NCBI GenBank assembly: GCA_039812605.1
Contig: JBDIAX010000017.1
Span: 847 to 64,846, forward strand
Source: Acidimicrobiia bacterium
GTDB taxonomy: Bacteria; Actinomycetota; Acidimicrobiia; Acidimicrobiales; Iamiaceae
Direction: 5' to 3'
DNA length: 64,000 bases
Below, one piece after another: positions 48,863 through 57,652 of the stretch. A program made the position numbers and the translations under genes. Under the pieces are notes generated by a model, which saw only the letters and a program-made list of their open reading frames with translations, made no database searches and was not told where the DNA came from. Within the stretch, counting starts at the first letter, position 1. Every line of letters starts with the position of its first letter.

Positions 48863-49536
48863 GGGCGGCGAGCGTAGCGGCGGTCTCCGTCGGCGCCGAG
48901 GGACAGCATCCGAGCGGCGAGCGCCACCGCCGGGTCGGCCAAGGCGTGCACCCCGGCGGTGTCGTTGGCGGCGAGCGCGGCGCTGACCATGGCGCCGATC
49001 GCGGCGACGAGCGCGCGTGCGGCGAAGCGATCCTCGTCCGCCTCGAGCCCAACGATGGCGATCAGCCCGTCGGCGAGCGTGGCCTGCACCGCCGCACGGC
49101 GCTCGAGCACCGCCGGTCCCGCCGCCCACGACTCGACCAGGAAGAGCCGGGCCTCGTTCGGGTGCTCCCCGATCAGGGCGAGGTAGCCGCGGATCGCCCG
49201 GTCGACGCGATCGAACGGGGGCCCTTCGCGCACGAGCGCGCCCCGTTCCGCCATTCCCACGACGAGGAGGTCGGCCGCGGCGTCGAAGGTCTGCAGGAAG
49301 CAGTCGAGCTTCGAGTCGAAGTGCTCGTAGAAGGTCTCGCGCGAGACGCGCGCGCTCCGGAGCACATCGGCCACGGTGGTGGCCGCGTAGCCCCGCTCGG
49401 CCATCGCCTCGGCGAGGGCCGCCATCATCCGCGCCCGCTGATCGGCCGCCACCTCCTCGCGGGTCAGCCCGTGGCGGCCTCGGGGCAGGCGGCTCGGCGA
49501 GGCGCGACGCCCCGAGGGCGCCGGCCGGTCAGCCAC
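48850..49536 (-). CDS. TetR-family transcriptional regulator
   Basis: Tail of ORF 48850..49809. MMAALAEAMAERGYAATTVADVLRSARVSRETFYEHFDSKLDCF. Confidence 0.8.
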   Translation of the reverse strand: MADRPAPSGRRASPSRLPRGRHGLTREEVAADQRARMMAALAEAMAERGYAATTVADVLRSARVSRETFYEHFDSKLDCFLQTFDAAADLLVVGMAERGALVREGPPFDRVDRAIRGYLALIGEHPNEARLFLVESWAAGPAVLERRAAVQATLADGLIAIVGLEADEDRFAARALVAAIGAMVSAALAANDTAGVHALADPAVALAARMLSLGADGDRRYARRPWTG

Positions 49537-50080
49537 GGCGGCGGTGCGGGTCGGGTTGTATCCCGAGGGTGAGGATCGTGGTGGCGAGCATCTCGTAGTG
49601 CCCGGCGAGCAGCAGGAGCTCGATGGCCTCGCGCTCGTCCAGGTGCGAGCGCAGGTCGCCCCACGCCTCGTCGCCGATCTCCTGCGTGTGGTGGAGCTGA
49701 TCGACCGCCGCCAGGATCGCCGCCTCCCTCGCCGACCATCCATCGGCCACGGTCGTGCGCTCGATCTGGATGCGCTGGAGGTCATCGTCGGACACCCCCG
49801 CCCGGGCACCGAGGCGCACGTGGTGCTCCCACTCGTAGGTGCAGCCCCGGAGGTGCGCCACCCGGAGGATGACGAGCTCGCTCTCGCGGCGCGGGAGCCT
49901 GCCGCCGGGCATCAGCCGCCCGGCGAAGTAGAGCCACCCCCGGAACAGGCCGCGCTGGCGGCCCAGGGTCGTGAAGAGGTTCGGCGGCGGGGTCCCGCTC
50001 GCGACACCGAGCGCCCGGCAGATGCCCCAGTTCACGATGCCGATGTCACGTCGCCCTCCCGGAGCGATGCGCGGCGCCAT
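49529..50080 (-). CDS. carboxymuconolactone decarboxylase (AhpD-like) family protein
   Basis: Tail of ORF 49529..51442, from ATG at 50080. ESELVILRVAHLRGCTYEWEHH. Confidence 0.75.
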   Translation of the reverse strand: MAPRIAPGGRRDIGIVNWGICRALGVASGTPPPNLFTTLGRQRGLFRGWLYFAGRLMPGGRLPRRESELVILRVAHLRGCTYEWEHHVRLGARAGVSDDDLQRIQIERTTVADGWSAREAAILAAVDQLHHTQEIGDEAWGDLRSHLDEREAIELLLLAGHYEMLATTILTLGIQPDPHRRRG

Positions 50081-50088
50081 CGGCGCGC

Positions 50089-51012
50089 TCACGCCCCGGC
50101 CTCCGAGGCGTGAGGCGTGTCTCCCCGGCCGGTGGCGCTCTCGCCGCCGCCAACCGCCCGGCCGGGCTGCGGGGTGGTGAGCTCGGGGTGCTCGCCCTGG
50201 GCGATGGCCACCGCGTCGGCCACCTTGTCTCGCACGTAGCGATCGACGACCCGCTGGGCCGTCATCCGCACCGGCAGGATCGGCGCGACCCAGCGGGGCG
50301 CCACGATGCGCCGCGACCGCCGGGCGATCCCTCGCTCCAGCGCGTCGATGGCGACCACCAGCGGCGTCACCCCCGTCACGGTCCCGCCGCCGGTGAGCGC
50401 ATCGGAGGCCTCGGTGCCGAAGCCCCGGCTGGTCATGTCCGTGTCGAGCTCGGCGTAGTAGGCCACGCCCACCCGGGCGCCGGTGGGCGAGAGCTCGGCC
50501 CGCAGCGTGTTGCCGATGGCCTCGACCGCGGCCTTGGACGCGCTGTAGGCGCCGAGCAGCGGCGCGTTGACCGCGGCGGCGAGCGACGAGGTCACGAGGA
50601 CGTAGCCGTCGCGGTGGCTGACGTGGGGGCCAGCGGCGCGCACCGTGAGGTACACCCCCATGACGTTGACGTCGAGCGTGCGCCGCATGACCTCGGGGTC
50701 GCCGCCGACGAGCGGGAGCTGCGCCGCCACCCCAGCGTTGGCGACCACGACGTCGAGGCCGCCCAGCGCCTCCGCGGCGCCATCGACGGCGTGCTGCACC
50801 GCCTCCTCGTCGGTCACATCGCACTCCCACCAGGGAGCGTCGCCGCAGGACGCGGCGACCTCCGCGAGCAGCGAAGGCTCGAGCCCGGCGAGCGCCAGGC
50901 GGGCGCCGCGCTCGTGGAGGCGTCGGGCCAGGGCGGCGCCGATGCCCCGGGCGCCGCCGGTGATGAGCACCCGCCGACCGGCGAGCGATGGAGGGGAGTG
51001 CAACAAGCCCAT
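50089..51012 (-). CDS. short-chain dehydrogenase/reductase (SDR)
   Basis: From ATG at 51012. RVLITGGARGIGAAL (TGxxxGxG), VVVANAG, and YSASKAAVE (YxxxK). Confidence 0.9.
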   Translation of the reverse strand: MGLLHSPPSLAGRRVLITGGARGIGAALARRLHERGARLALAGLEPSLLAEVAASCGDAPWWECDVTDEEAVQHAVDGAAEALGGLDVVVANAGVAAQLPLVGGDPEVMRRTLDVNVMGVYLTVRAAGPHVSHRDGYVLVTSSLAAAVNAPLLGAYSASKAAVEAIGNTLRAELSPTGARVGVAYYAELDTDMTSRGFGTEASDALTGGGTVTGVTPLVVAIDALERGIARRSRRIVAPRWVAPILPVRMTAQRVVDRYVRDKVADAVAIAQGEHPELTTPQPGRAVGGGESATGRGDTPHASEAGA

Positions 51013-51022
51013 GGCGCACCCT

Positions 51023-51056
51023 ACCGTTCTGCGAACAGCGATGTTCGCAGAACGGT
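51023..51056. promoter_or_regulatory. 34-bp perfect palindrome (15-bp arms, 4-nt spacer), a candidate TetR operator overlapping the SDR operon promoter
   Basis: ACCGTTCTGCGAACA-gcga-TGTTCGCAGAACGGT. It starts 11 nt upstream of the SDR start codon and abuts a minus-strand TAGGGT -10-like hexamer (51023-51018). Confidence 0.5.
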
Positions 51057-51123
51057 CCGGGCGCACGGCCGCCGGCCATCCGTATGCTCGTGACGTGGCC
51101 TGCACGACCGGGGTTCCCAAGCG

Positions 51124-51579
51124 ATGACCACCGCTGCCGCCCACCCGCCATCCGCTCCCACGGACCTCGACGGCGCCCTCGCCCGCATCCGCGAGCACGG
51201 CGGCAGGGTGACCGCGGCCAAGCGGTCGGTGCTCGGCCGGCTCTACGCCCCCGGCCCGCCAGGGACCGCCGAGGAGCTGGCCGACGAGCTGGCCGGGATC
51301 GACCGGTCGGTCGTGTACCGGTGCCTGGCGCAGCTCGAGGAGCTAGGCATCGCCGAGCACGTGCACCTCGGTCACGGCCAAGCCGTCTACCGCCGCCGCG
51401 GGCTCCAGACGGTGCCGGTGGTCTGCCAGGTGTGCGGCGCATCGGCCGAGCTCGACCGAGCCGCCACCGACGCCTTCAGCGCGGTCGTGCGCGAGCGGAC
51501 CGGCATCGACCTCGACCTGGTCCACTTCCCCCTGCTCGGTCGTTGCGCTCGCTGCGCCGACGCCGACCCTTCCAGCTAG
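51124..51579 (+). CDS. Fur-family metalloregulator (Nur/Zur-like, specificity unknown)
   Basis: Winged-helix motif SVVYRCLAQLEELGI, HVHLGHG, and two CxxC pairs (CQVC and CARC). Confidence 0.8.
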   Translation: MTTAAAHPPSAPTDLDGALARIREHGGRVTAAKRSVLGRLYAPGPPGTAEELADELAGIDRSVVYRCLAQLEELGIAEHVHLGHGQAVYRRRGLQTVPVVCQVCGASAELDRAATDAFSAVVRERTGIDLDLVHFPLLGRCARCADADPSS

Positions 51580-51604
51580 CAACGCGCTGTTCACACGGAC
51601 GACC

Positions 51605-51629
51605 CTTATCGCAAGACCCTTGTGATAAG
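51605..51629. promoter_or_regulatory. AT-rich imperfect palindrome CTTATCGCAAG-acc-CTTGTGATAAG, a candidate Fur-family box upstream of cbiM
   Basis: 10 of 11 arm positions are complementary. It is the most AT-rich stretch of the intergenic region, 46-58 nt upstream of the cbiM start candidates. Confidence 0.4.
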
Positions 51630-51686
51630 ACCGGTCCCGGCCGGGAACGCCCCGGCGTCACGGAGGGCAGCTCGATGATCGTGGCC

Positions 51687-52667
51687 ATGCACGCGCCCGA
51701 TGGGTTCGTCGGGCCAGGCGTCGCGATCGCCACCGCGCTCCTCAGCGGCACCGTGCTGGCCATCTCTCTGCGCCGGGCGGCCGATGACCTCGACGACCGG
51801 CAGGTGCCCCTCGCCGGCCTCGCCGCGGCGTTCGTCTTCGCTGCCCAGATGTTCAACTTCCCCGTGGCCTCGGGCACCACCGGGCACCTCCTCGGCGGCG
51901 CGCTCGCGGCGATCCTGCTCGGCCCCTACGTGGGCAGCCTCGTGGTCGCCACGGTCATCGTCGTGCAGGCCCTCCTGTTCGCCGACGGCGGCGTGACGGC
52001 ACTCGGATACAACGTGCTCAACATGGCGATCGTCCCCGCGTTCGCGGGCTGGGCCCTGTTCACGCTCTTCCGTCGAGCCCTGCCGGCGAACGCCGGGGGC
52101 GTGGTGGGCGCCACCGGCCTCGCGTGCGGCTCCTCGGTGGTGCTCGCGTCGGCCACCTTCTCGATCGAGTGGCTGTTCGGCGCCAGCGCGCCGATCCCGT
52201 TCGACACGGTCTTCGCCGCCATGGTCGGGGTGCACGCGCTCATCGGGATCGGCGAGGCGGTGCTGAGCGCGCTGGTGGTCGGCGCGGTGCTCGCCACCCG
52301 GCCCGACCTCGTGCGCGGCGCTCGCGACCTGTCGATCGCCCAGCTCGCGAGCGGTCCACGGGTGAGCGCTCGGGCGTTCGCCATCGGGGCGATGCTCGTC
52401 GCCGTGGCGTTCGCGACCGTGGTGAGCCAGTTCGCGCTCGACGACCCCGACGGTCTCGAGCGGGTCGCCACCGACCAGGGGTTCCTCTCGAGCGCCCGAG
52501 ACCACGTGTTCGCCAACGCGCCGTTCGCCGACTACGCGACCCGCGGCATCGGCAACGCCACCGCCTCCCTCGCCGTCGCGGGGCTGGCGGGCACCGTCTT
52601 GGCGCTCCTGGTCGGCTACGGGCTCGTCACCGCGTCGCGCTGGCCCCAGCGCCAGCGAGCAGCCTGA
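51687..52667 (+). CDS. cbiM: ECF-type cobalt/nickel transporter substrate-capture subunit CbiM fused to a C-terminal PDGLE domain
   Basis: MHAPDGFV N-terminus, GTTGHLLGG, and C-terminal FALDDPDGLERV with a final TM helix. An in-frame ATG at 51675 (MIVAMHAPDG) has the better GGAGGG spacing. Confidence 0.85.
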   Translation: MHAPDGFVGPGVAIATALLSGTVLAISLRRAADDLDDRQVPLAGLAAAFVFAAQMFNFPVASGTTGHLLGGALAAILLGPYVGSLVVATVIVVQALLFADGGVTALGYNVLNMAIVPAFAGWALFTLFRRALPANAGGVVGATGLACGSSVVLASATFSIEWLFGASAPIPFDTVFAAMVGVHALIGIGEAVLSALVVGAVLATRPDLVRGARDLSIAQLASGPRVSARAFAIGAMLVAVAFATVVSQFALDDPDGLERVATDQGFLSSARDHVFANAPFADYATRGIGNATASLAVAGLAGTVLALLVGYGLVTASRWPQRQRAA

Positions 52668-52668
52668 G

Positions 52669-53451
52669 GTGGGTGCGGGCCACGTCCGCCGCGACGCCGA
52701 GGGCCTGTTCGTCGACCGCCGATCGGCGGTGCACCGGCTCCCCGCCGCAGCCAAGCTCGCCGGGCTCCTCGCGTTCGTGACCCTCGTCGCCGTGACCCCG
52801 CGGACAGCGGTCGCGGCGCTGGCGGTCGATGGTGCGGTGGTCCTCGCGGTCGTGGCCGTCGCCGGCCTGGCGCTTCCCACCGTGGCCGCGCGCCTGGCGG
52901 CGATCGCCCCGTTCGTGGCGTTCGCGCTGGCCCTGCCCCTCCTCGGCACGGGCGACCGCGTCGAGGTCGGCGCGTGGTCGCTGTCGGTCGACGGGCTCTG
53001 GGCCATGTGGGGGATCGTGGCGAAGGCGGCCATCGGGGCCGGCGCCGGGATCGTGGTCACCGCCACCACCCGCCTCCCCGACCTGCTCGCGGGCCTGGCC
53101 GTCCTCCGGGTGCCGCGGCCGATCGTTGCGATCCTCGCGGTGATGCTCCGGTACGTGGACCTGCTCTCCGACGACCTCGGCCGGATGCGGCGGGCGATGG
53201 TGGCCCGAGGCCACGACCCCCGGTGGCTGTGGCAGGCGAAGCCCATCGCCGGCTCGGTGGGCACCCTGTTCGTGCGCACCTACGAGCGGGGCGAGCGCGT
53301 GCACCTCGCGATGGTGGCCCGCGGGTTCGACGGCACGGTGCCCGCCGCGACGCGCGCCTGGCCGCCCGGCACGATCCCAACGTCGGCCTGGGCCGCGCTT
53401 CCCGCGATCGTCGCCGCGGTCGGGCTGGGCGTGGCGTCGATCGCACGATGA
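52669..53451 (+). CDS. cbiQ: ECF transporter transmembrane (T) component CbiQ
   Basis: Polytopic; RYVDLLSDDLGRMRRAMVARG conserved loop; the GTG start lies 1 nt after the cbiM stop. Confidence 0.8.
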   Translation: MGAGHVRRDAEGLFVDRRSAVHRLPAAAKLAGLLAFVTLVAVTPRTAVAALAVDGAVVLAVVAVAGLALPTVAARLAAIAPFVAFALALPLLGTGDRVEVGAWSLSVDGLWAMWGIVAKAAIGAGAGIVVTATTRLPDLLAGLAVLRVPRPIVAILAVMLRYVDLLSDDLGRMRRAMVARGHDPRWLWQAKPIAGSVGTLFVRTYERGERVHLAMVARGFDGTVPAATRAWPPGTIPTSAWAALPAIVAAVGLGVASIAR

Positions 53452-54188
53452 CCGACCTGGCGCTCGAGGTCCGAGGTCTGGGCTTCGCCTACCCCGGCCG
53501 CGACGACACGGTGCTCGACGGCGTGGACCTCGCCGTGGCGCCCGGAGAGCGGGTCGCGCTCCTCGGGGCCAACGGCTCGGGCAAGACCACCCTCATGCTC
53601 CACCTCAACGGCCTTCTCGCCCTCCAGCGAGGCGAGGTCGTGGTCGACGGCATCCCCATCGCTGCGGGCACCCTGCGAGAGGTTCGACGGCGCGTCGGCA
53701 TGGTGTTCCAGGACCCCGACGACCAGCTGTTCTCGACGACCGTCCTCGACGACGTGGCGTTCGGCCCGGCGAACCTCGGGACGCGGGGCGACGAGCTGCA
53801 GCGGACCGCTCGGGCCGCGCTGGACCTCGTGCACGCGGGCCACCTCGCCGAGCGGAGCGCCCACCACCTGAGCGGCGGCGAGAAGCGCCGAGCCGCGATC
53901 GCCACGGTGCTGGCGATGGAGCCGACCCTCCTCGTCCTCGACGAGCCCACCTCCGACCTCGATCCGGTGGGACGACGAGAGCTCGCCGAGCTGCTCGCCG
54001 GGCTCGGCGCAGCGCAGCTCATCGTGACCCACGACCTGCCGTTCGCGCTCGCCACCTGCCCCCGCGCCGCGATCCTCGACGGCGGGAGGATCGTGGCCGA
54101 CGGCCCGACGCGCGAGCTCCTCGCCGACGCCGACCTGCTCGCGCGCCACCGCCTCGAGCTCCCCTTCGGCTACCAGCTCTCCCCCTGA
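53448..54188 (+). CDS. cbiO: ECF transporter ATPase CbiO
   Basis: [21 protein letters not shown] and LLVLDEPTSDLD; ATGA overlap with cbiQ. Confidence 0.9.
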   Translation: MTDLALEVRGLGFAYPGRDDTVLDGVDLAVAPGERVALLGANGSGKTTLMLHLNGLLALQRGEVVVDGIPIAAGTLREVRRRVGMVFQDPDDQLFSTTVLDDVAFGPANLGTRGDELQRTARAALDLVHAGHLAERSAHHLSGGEKRRAAIATVLAMEPTLLVLDEPTSDLDPVGRRELAELLAGLGAAQLIVTHDLPFALATCPRAAILDGGRIVADGPTRELLADADLLARHRLELPFGYQLSP

Positions 54189-54261
54189 GCGCTGACCCCA
54201 GCAGCCCAAGCCCCGCCAGCCCGACCGCCGGCCTGCTCGCCACGTCCTACGTTGGCGGTCG

Positions 54262-54735
54262 ATGGCCCCGGAACCCGACCCAGCGTTCCCGCACCCGTCG
54301 TGGGGCACGCTGCTCGCCCGCGGGTTCACCAAGCGCTGCCCGCGCTGCGGGGAGCGCAAGATCTACCGGACGTACTTCCGCATGGAGGACCGCTGCCCAC
54401 GCTGCGGCATCCGCTTCGAGCGCGAGCCCGGGTTCTTCGTCGGGGCGTACCTCATCAACTTCGCGGCGATCCTGGTGATCCTCTTCGTGGAGATCATGGC
54501 GTTCGTCCCGTGGAAGATCTCCCACCCCGACACCGGCCTCACCGCGGTGATCGGCATCGGGCTGGTGTCGTCGCTGGTGGCACCGGTCGTCCTCTACCCG
54601 TTCGCTCGGACCGTCTGGTCCGCGCTCGACCTCGGCGGCACCCCGGTGGAGCAGGCCGAGGCCGACGACGCTCGCGCCGCTCGCGGTGAGCCCGCGCCAC
54701 CCGAGGAAGCCGGCGCCAGCGAACCACATCGCTGA
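54262..54735 (+). CDS. DUF983-family membrane protein (zinc-ribbon CxxC...CxxC plus two TM helices)
   Basis: [46 protein letters not shown]. Confidence 0.75.
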   Translation: MAPEPDPAFPHPSWGTLLARGFTKRCPRCGERKIYRTYFRMEDRCPRCGIRFEREPGFFVGAYLINFAAILVILFVEIMAFVPWKISHPDTGLTAVIGIGLVSSLVAPVVLYPFARTVWSALDLGGTPVEQAEADDARAARGEPAPPEEAGASEPHR

Positions 54736-54740
54736 AACTC

Positions 54741-54769
54741 TTGACACGATCCAGAATTGGATGGATAGT
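54741..54769 (+). promoter_or_regulatory. furA promoter candidate: TTGACA-N17-GATAGT, predicting a leaderless transcript
   Basis: Read directly in the only AT-rich patch of this region. The -10 hexamer ends 6 nt before the ATG at 54776. Confidence 0.45.
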
Positions 54770-54775
54770 CAAAGC

Positions 54776-55213
54776 ATGTCCGGTTCCGAGGCGCCCGACC
54801 CCGCCACGCGACTGCGAGCCCACGGGCTGCAGGTGACCGCGCAGCGCCTCGCCGTGCTGCGGGCCGTGGGCGAGTGCAAGCACGGGACCGCCGACGACGT
54901 CGAGGAGCTGGTCCGCGCCGACCTCGGCGCCATCTCCCGCCAAGGGGTGTACGACGTCCTCGCGACCCTCACCGAGAAGGGCCTCGTGCGCCGCATCCAG
55001 CCCGCTCGCTCACCGGCCCGCTACGAGGACCGCGTCGACGACAACCACCACCACCTCGTGTGCCGGACCTGCAACCGCATCGACGACGTCGACTGCGCCG
55101 TGGGCGAGTGCCCGTGCCTCGACGTCGACGACGACCACGGCTTCCGGATCGACGAGGCCGAGGTCATCTACTGGGGCACCTGCCCCGACTGCGCGGCGGC
55201 CGCCACGGCCTGA
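54776..55213 (+). CDS. furA: Fur-family peroxide-responsive regulator FurA
   Basis: [20 protein letters not shown]...[17 protein letters not shown]...WGTCPDC. Classic position immediately upstream of katG. Confidence 0.85.
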   Translation: MSGSEAPDPATRLRAHGLQVTAQRLAVLRAVGECKHGTADDVEELVRADLGAISRQGVYDVLATLTEKGLVRRIQPARSPARYEDRVDDNHHHLVCRTCNRIDDVDCAVGECPCLDVDDDHGFRIDEAEVIYWGTCPDCAAAATA

Positions 55214-55228
55214 CCGCCCACGCCCTGA

Positions 55229-57514
<2,286 letters not shown>

Positions 57515-57543
57515 TCCCCCGGGATCGCCACCGCCGCCGCATC

Positions 57544-57589
57544 GAGGGGCGGCCGGCACGAGCAGCGTCGCTCGGGTCGGCCGCCCCTC
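57544..57589. terminator. 12-bp-arm inverted repeat (GAGGGGCGGCCG...CGGCCGCCCCTC) between the convergent katG and ydeP-like genes
   Basis: Read directly; 22-nt loop containing an inner CGAGC/GCTCG pair; no U-tract. Confidence 0.4.
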
Positions 57590-57652
57590 GGCGCGCCCAG
57601 GGTCGCTCAGGCGGCCTGCTCCCCTCCCGGCGCCAGCGCCGGCGCCGGCACC

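Noticed and set aside
49529-51442. 637-aa minus-strand ORF spanning the CMD, SDR and Fur-gene regions
   Set aside because: Only the last 183 codons (from ATG 50080) look like a real AhpD/CMD-family protein. The rest overlaps the SDR gene and the Fur gene in wrong frames.
51580-51686. Cobalamin or NiCo riboswitch upstream of cbiM
   Set aside because: I could not find a B12-box-like GCCACTG element or the conserved NiCo helices by eye. The adjacent Fur-family gene and palindrome offer a protein-based explanation. A covariance-model scan (Rfam cobalamin and NiCo families) would be decisive.
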